Origin: Thermotogota bacterium
Lineage (GTDB): Bacteria; Thermotogota; Thermotogae; Petrotogales; Kosmotogaceae
Assembly: GCA_034660555.1 (NCBI GenBank)
Contig: JAYEJL010000114.1
Location: forward strand, 1-43,242
Reading direction: 5' to 3'
Length of the DNA: 43,242 bases
Below the pieces are notes generated by a model. The model saw only the letters and a program-made list of their open reading frames with translations, searched no databases and was not told the origin of the DNA. This document shows, in pieces, positions 28,336-38,525 of the stretch (position 1 is its first letter; each line of letters opens with the position of its first letter). A program made the translations under genes and the position numbers.

Positions 28336-30010
28336 GTAATATTTCTTCAATAATGGGAACACAAATTGATTTAAAATCTACATCTTTCTTTTTGAATAGA
28401 TCTTCTTTAGTTAAGTCAAGTAATTCATTTATAATTTTTTTAGAAGCAATATTATTTCCCTTTTTTCTCATATATTCACGCGCTTCTTCGAATGAAAGCG
28501 CTTTTCTGTATGGTCTATCTGTGGTTAGTGCATCAAAAACATCAGCAGCAGCTACAATCTGAACGAGTAGCGGTATCTGTTTTTTTGTTAATCCTTCGGG
28601 ATAGCCCGAACCGTCAAAACGTTCATGATGATACTTCACTATATTGACAATCTCAGCCGGAAAGTCAAGATGCTGTAGATATGAGGCACCAAATGTAGGA
28701 TGTTTTCTTACAGATTCCATCTCATCATCATTGAGTTTTGCTGGTTTATTTAGGACTTCAGAAGGTACGATCATTTTTCCGTAGTCATGGAGCATCGCAC
28801 CTATAGCTAAATTAAAAAGCTGTGGTCGGTTTAACTTAAGATTTTTTCCGATCATAAAAGATAGTTGTGAAACCCTCATTGTATGACCCGCTGTATAATC
28901 ATCAGATTTACTTAGTTCATCAATCAAATCTTCAAATATTTTTATGGCACTGTTTTGAAGATTTATGACAAGGTCTCTTAAATGTAGAGAGGATGTCCTA
29001 TTGTTTTTAAGAAGGTTATGGGCTTCAATAGATTTTTTTAGTCCTTCAATCTTCTTACCACTCGCACTCTTGGTTGCTGCTTCGAGTACAAGAGCTTCAC
29101 CCTGAATATATTTGTTATTGTCGTAATCTGGATACGATTTTATTTCTTCCAAGTAATTTAAAGCCTGGACTTTGTTACCTAACTTCAAGTAATAATGGCC
29201 CAAAAAAACGTATGAATACCAATAATCTATCCAGTTTGGTCTGCTATCATTTAATTTCTCCAATCTTTTAACTGCTTTGGAAGCAGCTAAAAGATCGTTT
29301 TTTATTAGAAAAATCTTTAGTTTACTAGTTTCAGCATAGCCAACAAAACTTGGATAATCTGGGACATTGATTTTTTCTAGTAGCTCAATTGATTTATCAT
29401 ATTCTCCATTAGCGTAGTGGAGGTCAGCGATGTTGATTTGAATCATTGCCTTTCTTCGACTATCTTCAGCAAATTTTAGTGCTTTTCTATAATATTTATA
29501 GGATGTTTCATTATTATATAGCTGGACGCTTACCAACCCCAATGCATTGTAGTAATCGAAAGAAATATCTTTGGGGACATCTTTATCCATTTTAATAAGC
29601 TTTCCATAATACTCTTTTGTTTCGTCTTCAAGGCCCATTTCAAATGCAGTCATCATTCTAAGGAACATAAGCCTTAAAGCTGTTTCAGATGAAGAATGCT
29701 CACCATCAGCAATATCAGTTCCCATAGATGCAATTAAGTGTGCCAAACTGTCTCTGTTTCTAACTGAATAAAAATAGCCCAGTTGAAAAAGACCTTCAAG
29801 TAATTCATTTTTCGAGTAATCAAGTGAAAATGATTTTTTCCCAAAAGTTGATTCCATTACGAAATTCAAAGCTACAGTAAAAGAATATGCCCGAGCATTT
29901 TCTTTTGCTGCGCTTATCTGCTCAAGAAGTTTTTTCCTATTAAATGATTCAGGATTTTTTTCAAGCTCAAGTGCCAGTTTTTTTAAGTTTCGCATTAATT
30001 TCCTGCCCAT
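28328..30010 (-). CDS. TPR-repeat + HD-GYP phosphodiesterase domain protein
   Basis: TPR-like helices (YYNALG..., INIADLHYANGEYDKSIELL, YVFLGHYYLKLGNKVQALNYL); C-terminal D.YTAGH, LHDYGK, HHERFDGSGYP, ADVFDALTTDRPYR. Confidence 0.9.
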   Translation of the reverse strand: MGRKLMRNLKKLALELEKNPESFNRKKLLEQISAAKENARAYSFTVALNFVMESTFGKKSFSLDYSKNELLEGLFQLGYFYSVRNRDSLAHLIASMGTDIADGEHSSSETALRLMFLRMMTAFEMGLEDETKEYYGKLIKMDKDVPKDISFDYYNALGLVSVQLYNNETSYKYYRKALKFAEDSRRKAMIQINIADLHYANGEYDKSIELLEKINVPDYPSFVGYAETSKLKIFLIKNDLLAASKAVKRLEKLNDSRPNWIDYWYSYVFLGHYYLKLGNKVQALNYLEEIKSYPDYDNNKYIQGEALVLEAATKSASGKKIEGLKKSIEAHNLLKNNRTSSLHLRDLVINLQNSAIKIFEDLIDELSKSDDYTAGHTMRVSQLSFMIGKNLKLNRPQLFNLAIGAMLHDYGKMIVPSEVLNKPAKLNDDEMESVRKHPTFGASYLQHLDFPAEIVNIVKYHHERFDGSGYPEGLTKKQIPLLVQIVAAADVFDALTTDRPYRKALSFEEAREYMRKKGNNIASKKIINELLDLTKEDLFKKKDVDFKSICVPIIEEILQK

Positions 30011-30182
30011 AATTATTCTAAGTAAATATTAACACGAAAAACTGGTTTATAATGCTTTTATAGTATTTATATGTTTGTTATAGACATTTTTAAATTATAT
30101 ATAAAGCAAAACTTAAAAACAATGATATAACACTGTCTAGGTGATCATTTAATTGTTTATAATACGAACAGGAGGTGTAACA

Positions 30183-31088
30183 ATCGATTTTAAAAAACTT
30201 GAACTGAAAGACTATAAATTTGTTCAAAAATTCCTCGAAGAATATGAAGTAAAAAATTCTAAAATGTCTTTTGTCAATTTGTATGCGTATGATCATTTTC
30301 ATGGAGCTTTAATAGACAGAGATTGTAGTGATAAACTGATCATTTTGTCCAGTCCTAAAGGTACTGATCCAGCGTTTTTTCCTCCACTATGCAAACGAAA
30401 TGACCTCAATAAAACAATAGATGAAATGAGGACCTATTACACAGAAAACTTTGGGAGTCCTTTAAAAATAAAACAATGCAGCGAAGATTTCATAAATGAA
30501 ATTAAGGAAAGTGGTTTTTCTTTTTCGAGAGAAAAAATTCGAGAACAATGGGAATATATTTATAAAGTAGAAGACTTAGCTGATTTATCCGGACGGGAAA
30601 TGCACAAAAAGAAAAATAGAGCAAATAAATTTGAGCGCGAACATCCTGATTACAAATTTCGAATGTTGAGTGATTTTGATGAAAATAACGTACTGGATTT
30701 TTATGACTACTGGTGTACCTTTAGAGAGTGCAAGAATAATAAAAACCTGGCTTTTGAAAGGAAGGCTTTAGAAACTCTATTTGAACTGAAAAGAATGGAT
30801 TATCCTGTTGAGGGCGGAATAGGGTTTGATGGAAACAGAATGGTTGGTTTTGTTCTGGGAACAAGACTCAATAAAAAGCTGTTTGTTATATTATCTGAAG
30901 AAGGCGAACTGGATAGCAAATATGGAGGCGTTTATGCTGTTTTAAACAGAGATATGGCCAGACAAATTAATGAAAAATACGAATTTCCTAATTTACAACA
31001 GGATCTGGGAATCAAAGGGCTTAGAAAGTCAAAACGTTACTGGAAACCTGAGTTGTTACTAGTATGTGATGTAGTGCATATACCATGA
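30183..31088 (+). CDS. DUF2156 / LPG-synthase C-terminal (Fem/GNAT-like) domain protein; apparent ATC start
   Basis: SFVNLY, EYIY..EDLADLSG, KKNRANKF, N.QQDLGIKGLRKSK; RBS GGAGGTG at 30171-30177 points to ATC 30183. Confidence 0.8.
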   Translation: MDFKKLELKDYKFVQKFLEEYEVKNSKMSFVNLYAYDHFHGALIDRDCSDKLIILSSPKGTDPAFFPPLCKRNDLNKTIDEMRTYYTENFGSPLKIKQCSEDFINEIKESGFSFSREKIREQWEYIYKVEDLADLSGREMHKKKNRANKFEREHPDYKFRMLSDFDENNVLDFYDYWCTFRECKNNKNLAFERKALETLFELKRMDYPVEGGIGFDGNRMVGFVLGTRLNKKLFVILSEEGELDSKYGGVYAVLNRDMARQINEKYEFPNLQQDLGIKGLRKSKRYWKPELLLVCDVVHIP

Positions 31089-31122
31089 TATTATTTTAGA
31101 GCGGCGGCAAGGAGGGTTTTAA

Positions 31123-31809
31123 ATGAATATTTTTGATCAGCTTTCAACGGTGATTGAGGAATTTAGAAACTGGTTACAGGGTAATGGATTAAACAGCCTG
31201 GGAGAATTTGTTGAAGCGTTTAATGAACTGAATCCCTATCTTGTAGTACTTTTCCTTGTTTTTGGTGTGATCCTTGCCTTATTTGGAAGAAAAATATTCT
31301 GGCCATTATTCTGTTTAATATGGGCGCTTATAGGATTTTCCTATGGTTATCAGTGGGGAGAGCAGCTGCAGGGAGCTTTTTATCAATATGAGCTTGCCAT
31401 TCTTTGTGGAGTATTACTTGCTATTTTATCGATTCAAGCCCGCAAATTCTTTATGTTTTTAATTGCAATGGTTTCTACAATGTTTTTACTTTTATACATC
31501 TTAACCACTCTTGGTTTCGACGGCCTTAAACTCATCGATTTACCTTTTGTAATAGTGGGAATACTTATTGGAATTTTTGCAGTAAAAATGCTGCCATACC
31601 TAATAATCGGATTCACGTCGCTTTCTGGAAGCTTTATAATAGGACTTGGAGTCGATAGATTTACCAGAGGGCTTTTTCCAAAACCACTGGGTCAGGTGAT
31701 ATTTTTCATCATAGCCCTTATAGCGTCACTTTATGTTCAGTTTCGTTGGTATAAAAAAGATACAGAAACAACTGATTCAGTTGACACAACTTATATCGAA
31801 CAAAAATAG
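31123..31809 (+). CDS. Polytopic membrane protein (DUF4203-like)
   Basis: About 7 hydrophobic segments; LFGRKIF, TSLSGSF, QF motifs. Confidence 0.7.
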   Translation: MNIFDQLSTVIEEFRNWLQGNGLNSLGEFVEAFNELNPYLVVLFLVFGVILALFGRKIFWPLFCLIWALIGFSYGYQWGEQLQGAFYQYELAILCGVLLAILSIQARKFFMFLIAMVSTMFLLLYILTTLGFDGLKLIDLPFVIVGILIGIFAVKMLPYLIIGFTSLSGSFIIGLGVDRFTRGLFPKPLGQVIFFIIALIASLYVQFRWYKKDTETTDSVDTTYIEQK

Positions 31810-32020
31810 CTTTTTTATTCAAAACAGGTTTTGGAAAACATCATTTTTTATTTACTTCGGAATAATAAAAATAAAATGCTTGCAGCATTTTAATAATCAT
31901 TGAATTATTAGTCGACATCAAACTATATTTCACTAATTCATAGAATATTTTCTTCAAAAAGTGTTTTAGCCGTGTTAAACAGTAAAAATTTCACATGGTT
32001 TCGTTAAGTAGTAAATATAG

Positions 32021-32404
32021 ATTGATCCATTCAAAGGATTCACATTAAAACCATACCTTTCAATGGGAATTATCTCACCGCTTACACCATTCGATTATTG
32101 GTATAGGTTAGGTAATTATCCTGATTTTGCTTCAGCATGGGGGGCAATAACAGTACAAAAATTTATATATGCAGGAATAGAAATGAGACTCCTGCTCACT
32201 TCGGGGATTTTTCTGGGTGTACTGGCTGATTTAGGAAAGTTCTGGGAAGATTCATCAAAGTGGAATTTGTCTGGACCTGTAGTAGATCTGGGTATTGATA
32301 TCGGTTATCAAATTTCTGATTCAAGCGCATTAAAGGTTTACTTTTTCTATGATCCATTGAATAGCTTGAGAAACGTTTCATTTGGTACCATGTCCAACTA
32401 TTGA
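32021..32404 (+). pseudogene. 5'-truncated remnant, possibly the C-terminus of an outer-membrane beta-barrel protein
   Basis: Frame opens after TAG 32018-32020 with no RBS or signal peptide; strand-like pattern AGIEMRL / GVLADLG / DLGIDIG. Confidence 0.4.
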
Positions 32405-32484
32405 ATAAATGGGATTTAGGAAGAATTAAGTAAAAAAGTTAGATATTACAGAAAGAGTAACAAATTTTTTATCAAGGAATGTTT

Positions 32485-33289
32485 ATGTTAAAAATCATTA
32501 ATAGCGAAGATTACTGGAAGGTAAAACCTTTTTTAAACCAATAAATTTCAATCTTGTTGTAGATTCAATATTGAGTAATAACAATATTGGTCAGGTGAAT
32601 GTAGATAATCCATGTGACCCAGTTTTTTCATATATCTGGACCTATACAGACAGTATTTTAGTTGGAACCCTGCAGGGAAGCAAAAATGCTACCTGAAATA
32701 CTCAACAGAAAACTCATTCCTCAATTAAAGAAGTATGGATTACAGGAACTTTTAATATACGTTGATATGAATTCTCACTGGAAACAGATAATTCCTGAAA
32801 TCTTTGGAAAAGACAGGGTTTTCACTCAAAGAAGAAGGTATTACAAAATGAATGCTATAGCAGATTATATTGATAATAGAACAAATAGTAAAGTTGAAAT
32901 AATAAGAATTGATCGAGCAATAAAGAATAATAAATTAAGAAATCACAGGTTACTAAATGGATGGGTTCATTCATTCTGGGAGGATTTAGACAATTTTAGT
33001 AAGAAAGGAACAGGTTATTGCGCAATTGAGGGAGATACTATAAATTCCTGGTGTTTTAACTGTATATGCATTTAATAATGAACGTGAGCTGGGGCTGGAG
33101 ACAGTTAATGATTATAGAAGCAAAGGTCTGGCGACAGCTGTAGCTAAAGAAACAATAAAAGATTGTAAAGAAAAGGGATATAACCTTCACTGGCATTGTC
33201 GAGATAACAACACCCCATCAATTGCACTTGCTGAGAAGTTGGGTTTCAATAGAAACAAAGACCATGAGATATTTTGTCTAAAAATCTAA
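32485..33289 (+). pseudogene. GNAT-family acetyltransferase with about three frameshifts
   Basis: Fragments MLKIINSEDYWKVKPF / KPINFNLVVDSIL..VDNP / LPEILNRK...SWC / LTVYAFNNERELGLETVNDYRSKGLA...NTPSIALAEKLGF. Confidence 0.85.
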
Positions 33290-33400
33290 ACAGTAACATA
33301 AAAAATTTTAAGTTAGCCGGAGCATGCTACTTTAAGCTGTTATAATTTTAGTGGTTCATGTAACAGACAGATAAAACTTTTATTCCAGGGAGCGTAAAAA

Positions 33401-34351
33401 ATGAGTTCAGTTAAGAATTTTGCAGATGAAATAATAGAAAATGTATCAAAAGTTATTGTAGGTAAGGAAGAAAAAATTCAAAAAATTCTCTCCGTAATGC
33501 TTACAGGTGGTCATGTTTTATTGAATGATGTACCTGGCGTTGGCAAGACAATGCTTGCCAGGAGTCTTTCTATATCAATATCTGCTGAGTTTAAGAGGAT
33601 ACAGTGTACACCAGATTTGTTGCCTTCAGATGTAACTGGATTGAATATTCTGGATATCAAATCGAACGAATTCAAATTCAGACCAGGGCCAGTTTTCTCG
33701 GATATACTTTTGGCTGACGAAATTAACCGAACAACTCCGAGAACACAGTCAGCCTTACTTGAAGCAATGGGAGAAGGACAGGTAAGTATTGATGGAACGA
33801 CGCACAAATTAAGTAAAGATTTTTTTGTCATTGCTACACAAAATCCTATTGAATTCGAAGGTACTTTTCCTTTACCTGAAGCACAACTTGATAGGTTCTC
33901 TATTTGCTTATCAATGGGATATCCGGATACTGATTCAGAGTTCAAAATGTTAAGGGAGTTGGAACACATTCACCCTGTGGAGATCATAGAACCGATTGTT
34001 AACCTGGAAGATTTTAGCAGGGCAAAAAACGAAATAAAAAAAGTAGATTATTCACTTGATATTATGAAATACATCGTTTCTATCATTGACGCCACAAGGA
34101 AGCATAAGGATCTTGCTCTGGGATCAAGTCCTCGCGGTTCAATTTTCTTAATGAATTTGTCCAGGGCATTAGCAGCCATTAAAGGCAGAGATTTTGTGAT
34201 TCCTGATGATGTAAAATTTATAGCTCCTGATGTACTTTCCCACAGAGTCCTTTTAACACCAGAAGCACGCTTAATGAAGAGAACAACCAGAGAAGTTATT
34301 GGTGAAATACTTGAAAATACTGAGGTACCGATGATTAATGAAAGAGAATGA
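33401..34351 (+). CDS. MoxR-family AAA+ ATPase
   Basis: DVPGVGKT, RIQCTPDLLPSD, ADEINR, ATQNPIE, LPEAQLDRF, SPRG. Confidence 0.95.
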   Translation: MSSVKNFADEIIENVSKVIVGKEEKIQKILSVMLTGGHVLLNDVPGVGKTMLARSLSISISAEFKRIQCTPDLLPSDVTGLNILDIKSNEFKFRPGPVFSDILLADEINRTTPRTQSALLEAMGEGQVSIDGTTHKLSKDFFVIATQNPIEFEGTFPLPEAQLDRFSICLSMGYPDTDSEFKMLRELEHIHPVEIIEPIVNLEDFSRAKNEIKKVDYSLDIMKYIVSIIDATRKHKDLALGSSPRGSIFLMNLSRALAAIKGRDFVIPDDVKFIAPDVLSHRVLLTPEARLMKRTTREVIGEILENTEVPMINERE

Positions 34352-35633
34352 AAATCTTAAATACGGAGAAACTTATTCTTCTAAGAAAATGCTGATAATT
34401 TCTTCAATACTGGTAGCGTTGTGGAATGTAATTCTATTTAGCAGTTTTTCATTGATTTTTGCATGCTTTCTGGGTATGATATGGTTTGATTACTTCGTCT
34501 CAAAAAAGATAATGAACACGCTGCTAATCAGAAGAGATGTTTCGAGAGACAGGACATTTATCAATGATCCCATCGCAATAAATTATTTTGTAAAACAACA
34601 AGCCTTTAAACGAAAGACATTGACTTTTACACAAATCGGATCAACGATTGCGAGTGCTTCAAGCAGTAGAAAAAGAGAACTTGCTTTTGATGACGATGGA
34701 AAATGTGATTTCGAAATGGAATTGCTGTTTGGAAGACGTGGCAAAAAATCGCTTTCGAAGGTCATCATTTCACTGAATGGTCCTGCAGGATTTTACAAGC
34801 TTTGGGCAACATACTATAAACCACTTGAAATTCTTGTTTTGCCAAAAATTATGGATTTCGAGGTTTTTCCTCTGAGATTAAGAGAATTGCTTCCTGGTAA
34901 GAAAAGCGATTTCCAGCTGCTCGAAGATACAACAGATTTGAAAGGAGTAAGGAAGTATTCGCAGGATCCACTTAACAGGATTCACTGGAAAATTTCTGCA
35001 AGGATGAATGAACTGTTTGTTAAAGAATTTAATTATACAGCAACAAGCAGGGCATTAATTTATGTAGATTTAAACCTTACTCACGAAGTGTTTGCCAGAG
35101 ATGTCTGGAAAATGATAAGAGAAAAATATGAGGAAGAGGTTATCGTTGCTGCAGCATCTCTTGTTAAGTGGATACATGACAGTGGACATACATCAGAACT
35201 GAATGTAGTTGGTAAAGATATCTGGACCAGAAAATGTGATAGAAGAACAGATTGGGTTGAAACAGTTGAGCTTCTTTCAATGGCTGAAGGAAGTGAAAAA
35301 GGCATTGAGATAACCGATGTGCTTTCAAAAAATCTGGAAAAACTGATTCCATCGACGACGCTGGTTTTATTTTCCATGTTCTTAACTGATTCAATATTAC
35401 CTCTCTTGATTAAAGCGAAGTCAAAATGTTCCAGGGTAATAGTATTGTTACTGCCCTTTGGTTATCGAGACCCAAGTTTTTTGCCAGCCAGATCTTTTGA
35501 TCTACTCCCGCTTGATATGAGAGCACTTGAAGAAAAAGGTGCCTTACTGGCTCAGGAACAAATAATAGTCAGAATCGTTCGTGGAAATCAAAGCCTACAA
35601 GAGGTGACAAAGGAAATTGAAGATTTTCACTAA
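34338..35633 (+). CDS. DUF58 domain protein
   Basis: VRKY..DPLNRIHWKISAR..L.VKEF; follows MoxR. Confidence 0.9.
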   Translation: MKENENLKYGETYSSKKMLIISSILVALWNVILFSSFSLIFACFLGMIWFDYFVSKKIMNTLLIRRDVSRDRTFINDPIAINYFVKQQAFKRKTLTFTQIGSTIASASSSRKRELAFDDDGKCDFEMELLFGRRGKKSLSKVIISLNGPAGFYKLWATYYKPLEILVLPKIMDFEVFPLRLRELLPGKKSDFQLLEDTTDLKGVRKYSQDPLNRIHWKISARMNELFVKEFNYTATSRALIYVDLNLTHEVFARDVWKMIREKYEEEVIVAAASLVKWIHDSGHTSELNVVGKDIWTRKCDRRTDWVETVELLSMAEGSEKGIEITDVLSKNLEKLIPSTTLVLFSMFLTDSILPLLIKAKSKCSRVIVLLLPFGYRDPSFLPARSFDLLPLDMRALEEKGALLAQEQIIVRIVRGNQSLQEVTKEIEDFH

Positions 35634-37047
35634 AGATATTTTCAATTGCGTATTGTTGTTTTTAATCTCGATGTATTTGTTTCATCCTGAGTTTTCACTC
35701 ATTTCTCTACTGATATTTGGTGGATTTCTTACTTTTATGGGGTTTATTTCGAGTAAAGGTTATGGATGCTTTTCAATTTTCTTAATCCCCATAGTAATGA
35801 TGTTTTCAATAATAATCGCAAATGGTATTAATAAAACCAGTGCTGAAAATACAATATATTATATTCTGGCAGCGACAGGTATTACACTTATTGTAAATGC
35901 TTCCACAATGTTTTCAATTACCGGGTTAACATTGATTGGAATATATCTAACGCTTCTTCCGGTATTGGGTGGTTATGGGGATTCACTTTTTTTCATTATT
36001 TTGATTCTTGTTTGGGTTGCACTTAGGTATAAAAAAGTAAATATTGTTTCGGTAACTATTTTCACTGTACTTTGTGTAATGATCATAGCCTTTATGCCAG
36101 ATGTTGAAAGCAATTTTATTGATTTTGCTCAATATGGCAATGGAACAGAAACCGAAGAATATTTACAGGAACAAGAGCCAGATATCGCAGAGGTTTATCC
36201 AGGTTCTGATCAATCAGAGGGCTCAGGAAGAACACGTATAAAACTAAACAATGAACTTGGTGATATTGACATGCAGAATTTGTTACCTGAAGGATCATTA
36301 CTAATTATACTAAGTCTTGGCGCATTTATAATGGGATACATGTTCTGGAAAGCATCAAGTATAAAAGGATTTTGGAAAGCCTTTGCAATTGGTCTTTTGC
36401 TTATTGTTTTCATTGTCGGAATTAGATTTTTGTTGATACTGTTTATAGGAAATTACCGGGGATTGACTATTGCCGAAGGATTATCATTTGGGCAGGGTTT
36501 ATCTGGTGAAACCGGTGATGCGCCAATCATTTCACTTCAGCCACTTCAAGCAAGGGATTACAGGGAGGTTGAAATTACAATACCAAGAGGCTTTCATGTT
36601 TTTATAGCGATTGGTTTAACTACGCTTGGAGTCTTACTCATGGGATTTATTATTCATTCAATGCTTTCAAAAAGCGGAGAAGATAAAAAATTTGAAAAAG
36701 GAGAAGAAGAAGTTCCCGAAAGCGTTCCATTATTTTCATTAAAAGAATTTCCTGCATTCTCTAAGACAAGAGAATACATTTTGGGAGCTTACTGGTGGAT
36801 CAGAGGCAAGTATTTTGCCGGGATGCATCATTTAACTCCATATGAATTATTTGAACATAAGATAAGCAAAGAAATGAATTTGGAAGAGTACAAAGAAGCA
36901 TTCAACTATTTGACGGAGGTTTATGTCAATATACATTATGGTAATAAAATCGTTGATGAAGTCACATGCAGAAATTTCGAAAAAGCTTTGCTTGAAGCAG
37001 ACAACTATCTAACAAATCTTGAAACTAAACAGGAGAAATTTGAATGA
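35617..37047 (+). CDS. Membrane protein with DUF4129-like C-terminus
   Basis: Many TM segments; C-terminal TPYE...LTEVY...YG; third gene of the MoxR-DUF58 operon. Confidence 0.7.
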   Translation: MKIFTKDIFNCVLLFLISMYLFHPEFSLISLLIFGGFLTFMGFISSKGYGCFSIFLIPIVMMFSIIIANGINKTSAENTIYYILAATGITLIVNASTMFSITGLTLIGIYLTLLPVLGGYGDSLFFIILILVWVALRYKKVNIVSVTIFTVLCVMIIAFMPDVESNFIDFAQYGNGTETEEYLQEQEPDIAEVYPGSDQSEGSGRTRIKLNNELGDIDMQNLLPEGSLLIILSLGAFIMGYMFWKASSIKGFWKAFAIGLLLIVFIVGIRFLLILFIGNYRGLTIAEGLSFGQGLSGETGDAPIISLQPLQARDYREVEITIPRGFHVFIAIGLTTLGVLLMGFIIHSMLSKSGEDKKFEKGEEEVPESVPLFSLKEFPAFSKTREYILGAYWWIRGKYFAGMHHLTPYELFEHKISKEMNLEEYKEAFNYLTEVYVNIHYGNKIVDEVTCRNFEKALLEADNYLTNLETKQEKFE

Positions 37048-37586
37048 GTCATTTGTTCTTCTGGTCTGCGATAATTTTTTGGGTTATTGGAGACATATAT
37101 TATGTTTTTCTCTTTAAAAACCCAGAAAGAGACTACATGGAATCCGAATCAAAATTTACCATGAGCTCATTTATAATTTTTGGTATTATAGTGGGAACCA
37201 ATGTTAATCCTGGATTTTATAATAATTGGTCTAAGCCCTTTAATGTATGGAGATATTTGGGTATAGCGGTAATTTTAACCGGTGCCTTTGTAACATTTAG
37301 ATCGAAAAACCAGCTCTGGAATCAGAGCACTTTGTCCAATGCATTGATTACAAATGGCATGTTCCGGTACATTAGACATCCTCAATATTCAGGTTTATTG
37401 ATTTCCTTTTCTGGAATAGCTCTATGCTTATTCAGCCCGTTCACATCCTTCTTTTTTCTTGCATTTTCTATGCTGGGAATACTTGTAAGGGTGGAGTACA
37501 GAGAACAGAAAATGATAAAAGAATACAAAGAACTGTATCTTGAGTACAGCAGGAGAAGTAACAAACTAATCCCATTTATTTACTGA
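37044..37586 (+). CDS. Isoprenylcysteine carboxyl methyltransferase/PEMT family membrane protein
   Basis: LITNGMFRYIRHPQY, Y.EY, LIPFIY. Confidence 0.85.
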   Translation: MSHLFFWSAIIFWVIGDIYYVFLFKNPERDYMESESKFTMSSFIIFGIIVGTNVNPGFYNNWSKPFNVWRYLGIAVILTGAFVTFRSKNQLWNQSTLSNALITNGMFRYIRHPQYSGLLISFSGIALCLFSPFTSFFFLAFSMLGILVRVEYREQKMIKEYKELYLEYSRRSNKLIPFIY

Positions 37587-38491
37587 GCCAGCAGTATCAT
37601 CAATGGAATTGAAACTAATGAAAACAGTGTTGAAATAAAGACGCCTCTGGAAGCGAAACGGAAGTCAGCTTCGTACTTCCTGGCGAAAACCGCTGTATTT
37701 ATAGCAGCAGGCATACCGCTTAGTATGACAGGTATTGCCCTTATAACCCCTGAAAACCCCATTAATGTTAATACAAAGTATATAGCAGCGGGTATTATGG
37801 CAAGCTTAATAACAGTGTATATTTGCAGATTGGTTTCTTTAAAAGCTGCTGTAATTTTTGTTTCTGCAAGCAGTGAGCCCACCACGAGCATTGCCATGGG
37901 GGTTGTGGAGTCACCTAACAGGCTTACTGATGACTGCAGTGCTGCCGGTAGTTTAATAGAAAACAGGAAAAATAGAAAACCTGTTAATGTAGCAATGAGA
38001 CCAGGGTTAATCAAAAGTTTTACATTGAAATTACTATCTTCGCTTTTCATATATTTAATCCCTGCTGTCCACAGGAATATGTTGAACCATATATTAAAAA
38101 GTGCAACATGGAAGACGCCCTCGCTACCGAAGGTTGCATCTATTACTGGATAGCCCAATAAACCAACGTTACCAAACACAAGCATAAATTTGAAAACGCC
38201 CTTCTTTTTAGTATCTACATTTAGAGACTTTGTGAAAAGGGAAGCGAAAATAACCATGGCTCCATAAAAAACCAGTCCTATTATCATAACGGTTATTCCA
38301 CTGGTAAAAACATCTTTGGAAAATGGAAAATCCATGGAAGTGAATATTTTTGCTGGTAAGGTAACATATATGATTATGTTCGCCAGTTCCTTGGTAAAAT
38401 CAGATGAAATCAGATTAATTTTCCTGATCAAAAAACCAAGTCCAACAAGAAGAAACAATACACTTATTTCATTAATAACCACTTCAACCAA
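37580..38491 (-). CDS. AEC family (auxin efflux carrier-like) transporter
   Basis: VTLPA, FGNVGLLGYP, INPGLIA, MLVVG, GMPAA, STLFSLVSIP. Confidence 0.92.
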   Translation of the reverse strand: MVEVVINEISVLFLLVGLGFLIRKINLISSDFTKELANIIIYVTLPAKIFTSMDFPFSKDVFTSGITVMIIGLVFYGAMVIFASLFTKSLNVDTKKKGVFKFMLVFGNVGLLGYPVIDATFGSEGVFHVALFNIWFNIFLWTAGIKYMKSEDSNFNVKLLINPGLIATLTGFLFFLFSIKLPAALQSSVSLLGDSTTPMAMLVVGSLLAETKITAAFKETNLQIYTVIKLAIIPAAIYFVLTLMGFSGVIRAIPVILSGMPAAINTAVFARKYEADFRFASRGVFISTLFSLVSIPLMILLAQ

Positions 38492-38525
38492 CGGATTTTC
38501 TCCTTCATCTTATTCAGTATTTGTC

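Noticed and set aside
18996..32009. Identical 14-mer TGGTTTCGTTAAGT at 18996 and 31996
   Set aside because: A single 14-nt match is plausible by chance in 43 kb of AT-rich DNA; no third copy seen
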